DNA of 64,000 bases from Terricaulis sp. Its GTDB lineage: Bacteria; Pseudomonadota; Alphaproteobacteria; Caulobacterales; Aquidulcibacteraceae. The notes under the pieces are model-generated. The model was given only the letters and a program-made list of their open reading frames with translations, ran no database searches and was not told the origin of the DNA. Within the stretch, counting starts at the first letter, position 1; each line of letters begins with the position of its first letter. Location of the stretch: assembly GCA_037200505.1 (NCBI GenBank), contig JBBCFZ010000009.1, forward strand, positions 235,379-299,378, in the 5' to 3' direction. The translations under genes were made by a program, and so were the position numbers. This document shows positions 1-9,826 of this stretch, one piece after another.

Positions 1-505
1 GAATCAAGACGATCTCTTCGCGGTGTGGACTGCTTTGAAGGCGCACGATCTCGCGACGCCCAACGCCGGCCTCGTCTCCGATATCATCGCTTGCCCCGGC
101 CTCGACTATTGCGACCTCGCCAACACACGCTCGATCAACATCGCGCAGGCCATTTCGGAAAAATTCGCCGATCTCGAACGCCAGGAAAAAATCGGCGAAC
201 TCAAGATCAAGATTTCCGGCTGCATCAATGCCTGCGGCCATCATCACGTCGGTCATATCGGCATTTTGGGCGTCGATAAGCACGGCGAGGAATTTTATCA
301 GATCCTGCTTGGCGGCCGCGCCGACGAGAAAGCGCGGCTCGGCAAGATCAGCGGCAAGGGCATGGCCGGCGAGGCGATCCCGGATGCTATCGAGCGCGTC
401 GTGACGCGCTATCTCGCCGTGCGCCAAGACGAAAACGAGCGCTTCATCGACGCCTTCGAGCGGGTCGGGGCCGCCACTTTCGAGGAGGCGCTCCATGGCG
501 CGTGA
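1..505 (+). CDS. cysI: Sulfite/nitrite reductase hemoprotein subunit, C-terminal part (5' truncated by window)
   Basis: Siroheme/4Fe-4S motifs ACPGLDYCDLA and KISGCINACGHH; upstream of DUF934 and cysH. Confidence 0.9.
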   Translation, partial: NQDDLFAVWTALKAHDLATPNAGLVSDIIACPGLDYCDLANTRSINIAQAISEKFADLERQEKIGELKIKISGCINACGHHHVGHIGILGVDKHGEEFYQILLGGRADEKARLGKISGKGMAGEAIPDAIERVVTRYLAVRQDENERFIDAFERVGAATFEEALHGA

Positions 506-1061
506 GCAGGTCAAGCGCAAGAAAGCCGTTGAGCCTGCGGAAATCCCGCGTGGCGCGTTACTGCGGGACGGTAAGATCGTTCCGAACGACAGCTGGATCA
601 TCCTCAACGATATCGACGGCGCGCCAGAAGGCGCCGACGTCGCCGTCTCCATCACGCGCTTCAAGGCAGAGCGTGACGCGCTGCTCGCGCGTAATTCGGG
701 CCGCCTTGGCGTTGTTATCGCCGCCGGTGAAGCGGTGGAGGAAATCGCCGCCGACGCGGAGCGCTTTTCGTTGATTTTCGTGCAATTTCCCGCATTCCGC
801 GATGGGCGAGGCTTTACTACGGCGCGCCTGCTACGCGAGCGCTACGGCTACAAAGGCGAACTCCGCGCCAGCGGCGATGTGCTGGAAGACCAAGTCTTCT
901 ACATGCTCCGTTGCGGCTTCGACGCATTCGAACTGATCGCCGCCGATCCCGAAGCCGCCTTCGCGCGCGCCTCTCGCACCTTCACCGAAGCATACCAATA
1001 TACAGGCGACGCATTCGTGCCCGCGCACCGCAAGCGCGCACGCAGAAAGATCCCTGAGTGA
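495..1061 (+). CDS. DUF934 family protein (sulfite reductase-associated)
   Basis: FPAFRDGRGFTTARLLRERYGYKGELRA.GDVL.DQ..Y..RCGFDAF signature; overlaps cysI stop. Confidence 0.9.
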   Translation: MAREQVKRKKAVEPAEIPRGALLRDGKIVPNDSWIILNDIDGAPEGADVAVSITRFKAERDALLARNSGRLGVVIAAGEAVEEIAADAERFSLIFVQFPAFRDGRGFTTARLLRERYGYKGELRASGDVLEDQVFYMLRCGFDAFELIAADPEAAFARASRTFTEAYQYTGDAFVPAHRKRARRKIPE

Positions 1062-1786
1062 GCGTCGTCGATCTCGCCTCCGCCGCCCGCACGCCCGAAG
1101 AGCGCGCTGCGCATTATGCGCGCCAGCTCGAAGGCGCGAGCGCGCGCGACATCCTCGACTTTGCCATGAACGATCTGTGGCCCGGCAAGTTCGCGCTCGT
1201 CTCCTCTTTCGGCGCGGAATCGGCCGTGCTGCTGCATCTCGCGGCCAGCGTCGACAAAAACGTGCCCGTCATCTTCCTCGAGACCGACCGCCATTTCGCG
1301 CAGACCTTGCAATATCGCGATGAGCTGGTTGAGCGCCTCGGTCTCACCAATGTGCGCGAGCAAAAGCCCGACGCCGCCGAAGCGGCAGCGGAAGATTCCA
1401 AAGGCGACCTCTGGCGCCGCGATCCCGATGCCTGCTGCGCGCTCCGCAAGGTGCGCCCGCTGGCTGAGGCGCTGGGTGAGTTCGACGCCTGGGCCACTGG
1501 CCGGAAGCGTTTCCAGGGCGGGCTGCGCGCTCAGCTTCCGGTGATCGAGCACGATGGCGTTCATTACAAAGTGAACCCGCTCGCGGCCTGGACCGCCGAC
1601 GAGATCGCGGGATACGCCGCCGCGAATGATCTTCCCGCACATCCTTTGGTCGCGCAGGGCTATCCCTCGATTGGCTGCTGGCCGTGCACCAAACCTGCCG
1701 AGGCTGATCGCTCAGGCCGCTGGGCCGACATCGAGAAAACCGAGTGCGGCATCCACATGCCCGCCGCGCGATCCCAGGTGAGCTAA
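1058..1786 (+). CDS. cysH: Phosphoadenylyl-sulfate/APS reductase
   Basis: SSFGAES, CCALRKVRPL, GYPSIGCWPCT, KTECGIH motifs. Confidence 0.95.
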   Translation: MSVVDLASAARTPEERAAHYARQLEGASARDILDFAMNDLWPGKFALVSSFGAESAVLLHLAASVDKNVPVIFLETDRHFAQTLQYRDELVERLGLTNVREQKPDAAEAAAEDSKGDLWRRDPDACCALRKVRPLAEALGEFDAWATGRKRFQGGLRAQLPVIEHDGVHYKVNPLAAWTADEIAGYAAANDLPAHPLVAQGYPSIGCWPCTKPAEADRSGRWADIEKTECGIHMPAARSQVS

Positions 1787-1795
1787 ACCGCGTTG

Positions 1796-1811
1796 GTAAT
1801 CGCTCCTTAAC
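1796..1811 (+). promoter_or_regulatory. Candidate CtrA-binding site upstream of the FlaEY-like gene
   Basis: GTAA-tcgctcc-TTAAC, one mismatch to TTAA-N7-TTAAC, in a short intergenic region before a putative flagellar gene. Confidence 0.5.
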
Positions 1812-1885
1812 GCTCAGAAGCGAACTCCGCGTTTACCGCTGGAAGCCCATGCTTCCGCGATTGTGCGTCGTGGAGCCGGCCGTCC

Positions 1886-4800
1886 TTGGTCAATCCGATC
1901 AATTCCGCTTTGGTCTCGACTTTGTTCGGGGGAACGTCCGGCACGGGCGTGGGCGCGGATTTGCTTGCCAAATGGGCCTCCGCGAAGGCTGGCGTTGGCG
2001 TGCAAACGGTCGATCCGGGCAAGGACGCGAATGCGCCGTTCGCCACGGTCTGGTCGCCCGGCCTGACGCCCAGCGCTGATTCGCTGCAGCAGCGCGCGCT
2101 CGCCGGCAAAGCCTTCTTCGATACCGGCGCCAAGCTCTACAGCGATCTCGGCGCCACCGGCGACTACAAGCGGCTCTTTGCGCTCCACACCGGCATCTCG
2201 ACATTGCAAGCGCTTGCGACGCGCGCGGGCGATGAAGACTTGACCGCCGGCCAGCGCAAAGCCGCCGAAGCGCAATTCAATCGCGGCCTTGCCGAGATGA
2301 AGGCGTTCTTCGGCGCGGAAAAGTTCGAGGATGTGCGTCTCGCGCAGGGCGACCGTGTCGACGCAGCGCAAACCACGCTCGCGATCCCGGTCACGTCCGA
2401 GGATTACGTGACGCCGGTGATCCACAAGGGCAGCCTCGCCGACAAAGTGCTCGGCCTCGACGCCAATGCGAAGTTCGACGTGGTGGCGACCTCCGCCGCC
2501 GGCACCGAACGCCGCGTCAGCATCGACCTTGCGCAAATGGGCTCGATCCCGCGTTCGCTCGGCAATGTCGTGAGTTTCGTGAACAACAAGCTCTCCGCCG
2601 CCGGCGCGTTATCGCGCCTGGAAGCGGTGAACCAGACGCCGAAGACGCAAAAGCTCGTCGTCGGCGGCAAGACCATCGAGACGCCGTACACCGGCGCGCG
2701 TCAATACGCGCTGAAAGTCGATGTGCGCGGCAATGAAAGCGTGGCGTTCGAACCGGTAGCGGCCAAGCCCGCTTTCTATGTCGTCGGTCAAGTGAATGGC
2801 GGCGCGCGGCTGGTGAAGCTGGAAGACGTTGGCGGCGCGGCGGGACAGCCCACGTGGCTCGATCGCCCTGCAGCCACCACCGATCCCATCGACGCGAATA
2901 TCGCCACCGGCTATCTCGGCGCCGGCGCGCCTTATGGCACAGCGCCCGCCGAAGCGTTCGAGAAGCGCACCAATGCGCTCGTCTCCACTGGCGCGAACAA
3001 TTTCGAAGACAAGCTCCGCGCCGCCGGCGAGGCAAATCTCAAACTCACGCTCGCGGACGGCCGCACCATTTCCGTCACCACCGCATGGCGCAGCGACGAT
3101 CTTGAAGCCTGGCGCACGCGCGCGGGCGAGAGCGAAGACCAAGCCATGGTCGACGATCTCGCCGAACGCCTGACGCAATTGCTGCACGAGCAAGGCGTCG
3201 CGGCGGGCGTCGATGTTTGGCAAAATGACGACGAGCTTGGACTCTCCATTTTCACCGCCGACGGCGTCTCCACATCGAGCTTCACCGTCAGCGGCACAGC
3301 GGCGACTTTGATAGACGGCGCCGATCCCGCGGGCGGCATGGTCGGCGGTTTGCGCGCGGGCGTCGCTGCGCGGCGCTTTGAGGCGGCCAATGTCGCGGGC
3401 GCGAGCGAGCTCTTCGTCGACAAGCAGATATTCACATTCACCGGCGCGAGCGCGACGCAGTCGATCACCATCGACGGTGGTGAGGACGGCATCGATGCCG
3501 CCACTCTGGTCACCAAGCTCAATGCACAGCTTCGCAGCAAAGGCATCTCCGCCGCCGCGTCACTGGTCGACAATGCCGGCGTGCTCAGCTTCCGCGTCGA
3601 TGCGCTGCACGACATCATCGATGTGAGCGCGAGCATCAACGAAACAAGCTACGGCGTGGACTTGCAGGCGCCGGGCGCCTGGGCGGTCGGTGGTCTTCCG
3701 GTCGCGGGCGCCGGCGAGCCTTATGGCGACGCGGTGCGCACCTATGATGTGCAAGGCGGCTCGCCGCTCTCCACCTACACCGGCGCGCTCGATATCGCCG
3801 TGGTGGTCGCCACCGCGACCGGCGACAAGACCATCAATGTGTCCATCAGCGCGCTCGAACGCGCCAATGATCCCGATCCGTCGCCCGGCGAATGGAGCGC
3901 GGCGTTTCAAGCGCGTCTCGACACCGCGCTCAACGCCGCCGGCGTCTATGTCGGCGCGCAAGGCAGCGATCTTGCGCAATGGTCGCTTGCGGAAGGTTCA
4001 GGCCAGCGCCTCAAATCCATCAGCATCAACGGCGACGCGCTGACGCTCACCGGCCAGCAGCCCAGCGCGGGCATCGGCGGCGCGTTCTCGGTCGAGCGCA
4101 GCTCCACCAGCGCGCAAGCCGCGACCGGCGTCAGCGATGATGTCGCCGCGCTGCTCGGCGATCCCAATGTTTCGATCACGTTCGAAACGGCGTGGGGTAA
4201 TAAGACCATCTCCGCAGCGCTCGAAGTAGGCGATGCGCGCACGCTTGAAAGCGCCGCACTGCGCCTCAACGAGGCGCTGAGTGCGGCTGGCTATGATGTA
4301 GGCGTTGCGGCGGTCGATCTTTCCGGTGGCGGCGCCGGGCTTCGCATTGTTTCGGGCGCCTCGCACACGGTGCGCAATGTCAGCAATCTCACGATTGGCG
4401 GCGGAACGGTCGGGGTCACGCTCGATCCCATCGATTCCGTGAGCCACGCGGACGATCCGGTCGGCGCGGCCGGCGTCGCCGCGCGCGCGACGCGCGGCGC
4501 CGCCATCACCGAAACTGTCCCCGCGACCTCCGCCTATGCCGCGCCCTCCGTAAACGCCACCGGCTGGTTTGCGGGGCGCGCGTTCGATGTGAGCGTCGGC
4601 GGCGCCTCGAAAGCCGCGACAGCGCGCGCCGTCGCGACGGGCGCCGATGGCTCGGTTTATGTGCTCGCCGATCTCAGCGGCGATTCCGCGACGCTGCCGA
4701 TCAAGGGCGCGCGCGATGTGGCGCTGCTCAAATACGATTCCGCCGGCAAGCTCGCCTTCACCCGCGTGCTCGGCGCCAGCGACACGGCCAACGGCTATGC

Positions 4801-6319
4801 GCTTGCGGTGTCGGACGAAGGCAAGGTCGCCGTCGCGGGCTCGGTGGTCGGCGCGCTTTCCGGCGGCGGCGTCGCGAAAGGCGGCACGGATTCGTTCGTC
4901 ACCTTGTTTGACGCCAATGGCGCGGAAGTCTGGACCGCACGGCGCGGCGCCAGCGCCAATGATGAAGCGCGCGCCGTCGCGTTCGCGCCCGATGGCAGCA
5001 TCATCGTCGCCGGCAAAACCGAGAGCGCCCTCGGCCCCGCGCTCTCGCTCGGCGGGTCCGACGCTTATGTGCGCGGCTATTCAGCGACCGGCCTCACGCT
5101 CTTCACCAAGCAATTCGGCACGGGCAGCGATGATGCGGCGACCGCGCTCATGGTGCGCGACAATGGCTCGGGCGGCGCGGAGATATTCACCGGCGGCGTC
5201 GAAAATAGCCGCGGCGTGGTGCGCAGCTTTACCTACACGACCAATGCCGGCCTCGCGACGGGCGCGACGCGCGACATCGGCTATTTCCACACCGGCGCAA
5301 TCAACACGCTCGCCACGGATGGCGCATCGCTCTATGTCGGCGGCGCGGTCGGCGCCGACCGCTTATCGCTGGGCACGCCGGCGCGCGGCGCGGTGGCGGG
5401 GCAGGAAGGCTTCGTCGCGCGGCTCGATGCAGGGCTCGTTTCCAACGCTCTCGACCGCGCGACTTATATTGGCTCGGCGCAAGACGACAGCGTCACCGGC
5501 CTCGCCATCGTCAATGGCGATGTCTACGCGTCGGGCGCCGCTGGCGGCGTGCTTGCCGGGCAGGGCAATGCAAACTCCAAGTCGGGCTATCTCACACGCC
5601 TCGATGCAGCGGGCGACATGGCCTGGACGCGCACCTTCTCAACCGCCGGCGGCGCGCTCACAGCATCGGGCCTCGCCGTCGATACCGGCGGCGCCTCGCC
5701 GCTCGATGTGCTTGGCATTCCGCGCGGTAGGCTCGACGCCGCGGACTCCTCCGCGCTCACGCAACGCAGCGCGCTGCGCGTCGGTGATGAATTCCAACTC
5801 GGCGTCGATGGGCGCCGCCTCACCACCATCACCATCGCCGCAAACGACACGCTCTCCTCGTTGATGGCCCGCATCAACCGCGCCGCGGGTTCTGCGGGTC
5901 ACGCCAAGCTGATCCGCGAAGACGGCGCAGACCGCATCAGCATCGTCGCCGCCGATGGCCGGGCGCTCCGACTCGAAGCCGGGCGGGATGGCCGCGATGC
6001 GCTGGCGGGGCTCGGGCTGGGCGCGGGCGTCATCGCCAAAAACACCGCCGCGCGCGGGGCGCTGCGCACCTTCGGCCTCGGTCTCGTGGACGCCGACCTC
6101 AAGGTCAATGACAAGACCGCGATCGCCAAAACCAAATCCGAATTGTCGGCGGCGCTCTCGATCGTGAAGCAGGCTTATGAGGCGATCGCGAACCCGAACG
6201 CCAAGGAGCAGACCGCCGAGGAAAAGGCGCTCGACGCCCGCAAACGCGGGGCCGTCCCCGAATATTACACCCAGCAGCTCGCCAATTATCAGGCGGCCCT
6301 CTCCCGCCTGGGCGGCTGA
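1886..6319 (+). CDS. flaEY: Large FlaEY-like flagellar protein with flagellin/FliD-like modules and an SBBP-type beta-propeller
   Basis: 1477-aa intact ORF. N-terminal DYKRLFALH.G...LQALA and C-terminal VPEYYTQQLANYQAALSRL resemble Caulobacter FlaEY. Propeller repeats (LLKYDSAGKLAFTR, FVTLFDANG.EVWT, YLTRLDAAG.MAWTR) and IN-motif-like ITIAANDTLSSLMARIN. Confidence 0.7.
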   Translation: MVNPINSALVSTLFGGTSGTGVGADLLAKWASAKAGVGVQTVDPGKDANAPFATVWSPGLTPSADSLQQRALAGKAFFDTGAKLYSDLGATGDYKRLFALHTGISTLQALATRAGDEDLTAGQRKAAEAQFNRGLAEMKAFFGAEKFEDVRLAQGDRVDAAQTTLAIPVTSEDYVTPVIHKGSLADKVLGLDANAKFDVVATSAAGTERRVSIDLAQMGSIPRSLGNVVSFVNNKLSAAGALSRLEAVNQTPKTQKLVVGGKTIETPYTGARQYALKVDVRGNESVAFEPVAAKPAFYVVGQVNGGARLVKLEDVGGAAGQPTWLDRPAATTDPIDANIATGYLGAGAPYGTAPAEAFEKRTNALVSTGANNFEDKLRAAGEANLKLTLADGRTISVTTAWRSDDLEAWRTRAGESEDQAMVDDLAERLTQLLHEQGVAAGVDVWQNDDELGLSIFTADGVSTSSFTVSGTAATLIDGADPAGGMVGGLRAGVAARRFEAANVAGASELFVDKQIFTFTGASATQSITIDGGEDGIDAATLVTKLNAQLRSKGISAAASLVDNAGVLSFRVDALHDIIDVSASINETSYGVDLQAPGAWAVGGLPVAGAGEPYGDAVRTYDVQGGSPLSTYTGALDIAVVVATATGDKTINVSISALERANDPDPSPGEWSAAFQARLDTALNAAGVYVGAQGSDLAQWSLAEGSGQRLKSISINGDALTLTGQQPSAGIGGAFSVERSSTSAQAATGVSDDVAALLGDPNVSITFETAWGNKTISAALEVGDARTLESAALRLNEALSAAGYDVGVAAVDLSGGGAGLRIVSGASHTVRNVSNLTIGGGTVGVTLDPIDSVSHADDPVGAAGVAARATRGAAITETVPATSAYAAPSVNATGWFAGRAFDVSVGGASKAATARAVATGADGSVYVLADLSGDSATLPIKGARDVALLKYDSAGKLAFTRVLGASDTANGYALAVSDEGKVAVAGSVVGALSGGGVAKGGTDSFVTLFDANGAEVWTARRGASANDEARAVAFAPDGSIIVAGKTESALGPALSLGGSDAYVRGYSATGLTLFTKQFGTGSDDAATALMVRDNGSGGAEIFTGGVENSRGVVRSFTYTTNAGLATGATRDIGYFHTGAINTLATDGASLYVGGAVGADRLSLGTPARGAVAGQEGFVARLDAGLVSNALDRATYIGSAQDDSVTGLAIVNGDVYASGAAGGVLAGQGNANSKSGYLTRLDAAGDMAWTRTFSTAGGALTASGLAVDTGGASPLDVLGIPRGRLDAADSSALTQRSALRVGDEFQLGVDGRRLTTITIAANDTLSSLMARINRAAGSAGHAKLIREDGADRISIVAADGRALRLEAGRDGRDALAGLGLGAGVIAKNTAARGALRTFGLGLVDADLKVNDKTAIAKTKSELSAALSIVKQAYEAIANPNAKEQTAEEKALDARKRGAVPEYYTQQLANYQAALSRLGG

Positions 6320-6400
6320 CGGGGCGCGTGCCCACGGAATCGGCGCCCGGACGGGCTTCCCTCGACTCCCCGACCGGGCTATACGCGCCGCTCTTAAAAC

Positions 6401-6475
<75 letters not shown>

Positions 6476-6500
6476 TGTTCTTTCCGGGGGCTTTTTCCCC

Positions 6501-6617
6501 ATGACCGATCAGAAAAAGCCGACCCCGCAAGCCGCCGCCAAGGAGGCCCGCCGGGCCCAAGCGCTGAAGCGCAATCTGGCGCGCCGGAAAGCCGCGCCGC
6601 CCAAACCGAAGCCTTGA
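6501..6617 (+). CDS. Small basic hypothetical protein (38 aa) upstream of murA
   Basis: Manually translated ORF MTDQKKPTPQAAAKEARRAQALKRNLARRKAAPPKPKP, below the ORF-track cutoff. Confidence 0.55.
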   Translation: MTDQKKPTPQAAAKEARRAQALKRNLARRKAAPPKPKP

Positions 6618-6707
6618 GCCCGCCTTGCTTCGGCCTGCGGGCCACCCCATAACCCGAAACGCCGGGATGGGCGGGCGCGGCGGATATTTAGACGACGAAA
6701 GACCCTT

Positions 6708-7976
6708 ATGGACCGCATTGCGATCACGGGCGGCGCGCCGCTGGCCGGAACCATCCCGATTTACGGCGCCAAGAATTCAGCGCTGAAGCTCCAGGCGGCC
6801 GCTCTGCTTTCAGCCGAGCCGCTGGTGCTCGAAAACATGCCCGACCTCGCCGACACGCGCTTCATGGCGCAGCTCTTGGCGTCGCTGGGCGTTCACATCG
6901 CGTGGATCAAGGAAAGCCGGACGCTGCGCATGCACGCCGGCGAAGTCGGCTCGACCATCGCGCCTTATGATCTCGTCCGCAAAATGCGCGCGACCTTCAA
7001 TGTGCTGGGGCCGCTTCTGGCGCGCGTCGGGCACGCGACGGTGTCGCTGCCGGGCGGGTGCGCGATCGGCGCGCGGCCGGTCGATCTGCACTTGAAGGCG
7101 TTCGAGGCGATGGGCGCCGATATCGTCATCGAGCAGGGCTATGTGAAAGCCGCCGCACTGCGTGGCCTCCATGGCGCCGAGATCGAGTTTCCGTTCGTGT
7201 CGGTCGGCGCGACCGAACACACGATGCTCGCCGCCGTTTTGGCGAAGGGCGACACGGTCCTGAAAAACGCGGCGCGTGAGCCGGAGATCGCTGACCTCGC
7301 GGCGTGCCTCAACGCCATGGGCGCGCGCGTCGAAGGTGCGGGCACGAGCGAGATTCGCATTCAGGGCGTCACGTCGCTCAAGGCCGCGAAACATAAGGTC
7401 GTGTCCGACCGCATCGAAACGGGCACTTACGCCATCGCGGTCGCGGCAGCGACGGGCGACGTTTTGCTTGAAGACGCCGAGATCGAGCATCTGGGCGCGC
7501 TGGTGCACGTGCTGCGCGCGGCTGGCGTGCATGTCGAGAACGAGGCCAAGGGCATCCGCGTGAAGCGCGCCAATGGCCGTATCGGCCCAGTCGATTTCGA
7601 CACAGAGCCTTTCCCCGGCTTTCCCACCGATCTCCAAGCTCAAGCCATGGCGATGCTGGCGATGGCGGATGGAAAGTCGCGCATTCGCGAGAATATTTTC
7701 GAAAACCGTTTCATGCACGCGCCCGAACTCGCGCGGCTCGGCGCGCAGATTGCGGTGCAGGGCAATGAAGCGATCGTCACGGGCGTGCCGAAACTGATCG
7801 GCGCGCCGGTGATGGCGACGGATTTGCGCGCGTCCGTCAGCCTCGTGATCGCGGGTCTCGCCGCCGAAGGCGAAACCATTGTTCACCGCGTCTATCACCT
7901 CGATCGCGGCTTTGAGCGGCTTGAGGAAAAGTTCGCCAATTGCGGTGCGCAGGTGCAGCGGCAGAAGGATGAGTGA
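6708..7976 (+). CDS. murA: UDP-N-acetylglucosamine 1-carboxyvinyltransferase
   Basis: GAKNSAL, LPGGCAIGARPVDLH, PFPGFPTDLQAQ, ATDLRAS, YHLDRG. Confidence 0.98.
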   Translation: MDRIAITGGAPLAGTIPIYGAKNSALKLQAAALLSAEPLVLENMPDLADTRFMAQLLASLGVHIAWIKESRTLRMHAGEVGSTIAPYDLVRKMRATFNVLGPLLARVGHATVSLPGGCAIGARPVDLHLKAFEAMGADIVIEQGYVKAAALRGLHGAEIEFPFVSVGATEHTMLAAVLAKGDTVLKNAAREPEIADLAACLNAMGARVEGAGTSEIRIQGVTSLKAAKHKVVSDRIETGTYAIAVAAATGDVLLEDAEIEHLGALVHVLRAAGVHVENEAKGIRVKRANGRIGPVDFDTEPFPGFPTDLQAQAMAMLAMADGKSRIRENIFENRFMHAPELARLGAQIAVQGNEAIVTGVPKLIGAPVMATDLRASVSLVIAGLAAEGETIVHRVYHLDRGFERLEEKFANCGAQVQRQKDE

Positions 7977-8409
7977 GCGGCTGCGCCTCATCGCCGAGGA
8001 CGCCGCCGACCTCGAAGTGATCGCCGCCGCCGCGCAGGATGCGCTGGTGCGCGCGGGCGATCTTTCGTTCGACAAAAAAGCGCGCCGCTTTTCCGCGCTG
8101 CTTAATCGCTTTCGCTGGGAAAGCGCGAATGGCTCTGGGCCGTATGAGCGCGTGCAGTCTGCGCTGTCGTTCGAGTGCGTGCTGAGCGTCAAGAGTCGGA
8201 AACTCCGCGTCGATGCGCCCGATGCGTTAGCATCGATCCTCTCGGTTTCGTTCGTGCCTGCCGAAGAGCCGCCGGGCGGCGAGGTGCGCATGATCCTGGC
8301 GGGCGGCGGCGAGATCGCGCTCGACGTCGAATGCCTCGACGCGCTGCTAGCCGATTTGGGCGACCCGTGGCCAACGCCGCGCCGTCCGGATCATGAGAGC
8401 GCTTCGTGA
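7969..8409 (+). CDS. DUF2948 family protein
   Basis: LRLIAEDAADLEVIAA..QDA, NRFRWE, GGGEIALDVECLD; usual position between murA and hisD. Confidence 0.85.
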   Translation: MSERLRLIAEDAADLEVIAAAAQDALVRAGDLSFDKKARRFSALLNRFRWESANGSGPYERVQSALSFECVLSVKSRKLRVDAPDALASILSVSFVPAEEPPGGEVRMILAGGGEIALDVECLDALLADLGDPWPTPRRPDHESAS

Positions 8410-8423
8410 TGCAGCTGGCTCAT

Positions 8424-8529
8424 CACCGCTCCCCGGATGCGCCGCAGGCGCAGTCCGGGGTCCATCGTCGGAGCACGCGGCGATTATGGATCCCGGGTTC
8501 GACGCTGCGCGTCGCCCCAGGAAACGGTG
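8424..8529. repeat. Palindromic intergenic repeat, family B (diverged copy)
   Basis: CACCGCTCCCCGG...CCGGGGTCCAT...ATGGATCCCGGG...GGAAACGGTG; similar to copies at 28763, 34456 and 49568. Confidence 0.75.
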
Positions 8530-8533
8530 GGCG

Positions 8534-9826
8534 ATGAGCCTTTTCCTCCGCCTCTCCGATCCAGGCTTCGAAACAGCCTATGCGCGCCTGCTTTCCGCGC
8601 GCGGCGATCGCCTGGACGCCGCCGAAATCGTCGCGCGCGAGATCGCTCACGCGGTGCGCGAACGCGGCGTTGAAGCGATCCTCGAACTCACCGCAAAGCT
8701 CGATGGATTGCTGCTTAAAGCCGACAATCTGCGCGTCTCCGACGCAGAGCGCCGCCGCGCGCGCGCTGCGTGCGCGCCGGACGTGATCGCCGCGCTAGAA
8801 CTCGCCGCCGCGCGCATTCACGATTTTCACATGCGCCAGCGTCCGGAGGACGCGCGTTGGGAGGATGCGCAAGGCGTCACGCTTGGTTGGCGTTGGGGCG
8901 CTGTCGACGCCGCCGGCATCTACGCGCCCGGCGGACTCGCGGCTTATCCGTCGAGCGTGCTGATGAATGCGATCCCGGCGAAAGCCGCGGGCGTGGTACG
9001 CCTTGTGATGGCGACGCCGCCCGGCAAGCTGATGGAGAATCCATCCATCCTCGCGGCGGCGGATATCGCGGGCGTCGATGAAATTTGGACCATCGGCGGC
9101 GCACAGGCGATCGCCGCGCTTGCTTACGGCGCCGGCCCGCTCGCGCGCTGCGATGTCGTGGTGGGACCGGGCAACGCTTATGTCGCGGCTGCCAAGAAAG
9201 TCGTGTTCGGCGATGTGGGCGTCGATGCGGTGGCGGGGCCGTCCGAGGTGTTCGTGATTGCGGATTCGAGCGCGCCGGCCGAATGGCTCGCGGCTGACCT
9301 TCTGGCGCAGGCCGAGCATGACGAGGACGCACAGGCGGTGCTCTTTACCGATGACGCCGCGCATGGCGAAGCGGTGCGCGCTGCCGTCGAGCGCCAGCTT
9401 TCGCGCGGCGAAGCGGGGCCCTCCGCGCGCGCGTCGTGGGAGCGGCATGGCGCGGTGATCATCGTCGATAAACTGAGCGACGCTTGCCCGCTGATCGACC
9501 GCGCCGCGCCCGAGCACGTGCAGCTGGCCGTCGCCGATCCCGACGCTCTGGCGCGTCAAATCCGCCATGCGGGTGCGATTTTCCTCGGAATCCATGCGCC
9601 TGAAGCGCTCGGCGATTATGTCGCCGGCCCCAGCCACGTGCTGCCCACTTTGCGCGCCGCGCGCTACGCGTCGGGCGTTTCCGTGCTCACCTTCATGAAG
9701 CGCACAACGCTGATCGGCGCGAGCGCGGCGGGTGTACGCGCGATCGGCGCCGAAGCGGCGCGCCTGGCCGACGCCGAAGGTCTGCCGGCGCATGCGCGCT
9801 CGGTTCGCGCGCGGCTCGAGCCATGA
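8534..9826 (+). CDS. hisD: Histidinol dehydrogenase
   Basis: GIYAPGG.AAYPSSVLMNAIPA, GPGNAYVAAAK, AGPSEV, DLLAQAEHD, GDYVAGPSHVLPT; ATG at 8534 preferred over the longer ORF that reads through the repeat. Confidence 0.96.
   Translation: MSLFLRLSDPGFETAYARLLSARGDRLDAAEIVAREIAHAVRERGVEAILELTAKLDGLLLKADNLRVSDAERRRARAACAPDVIAALELAAARIHDFHMRQRPEDARWEDAQGVTLGWRWGAVDAAGIYAPGGLAAYPSSVLMNAIPAKAAGVVRLVMATPPGKLMENPSILAAADIAGVDEIWTIGGAQAIAALAYGAGPLARCDVVVGPGNAYVAAAKKVVFGDVGVDAVAGPSEVFVIADSSAPAEWLAADLLAQAEHDEDAQAVLFTDDAAHGEAVRAAVERQLSRGEAGPSARASWERHGAVIIVDKLSDACPLIDRAAPEHVQLAVADPDALARQIRHAGAIFLGIHAPEALGDYVAGPSHVLPTLRAARYASGVSVLTFMKRTTLIGASAAGVRAIGAEAARLADAEGLPAHARSVRARLEP

Noticed and set aside
8393-8533. 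47-aa N-terminal extension of HisD
   Set aside because: Read-through of a family B repeat; homology to HisD begins at the ATG at 8534
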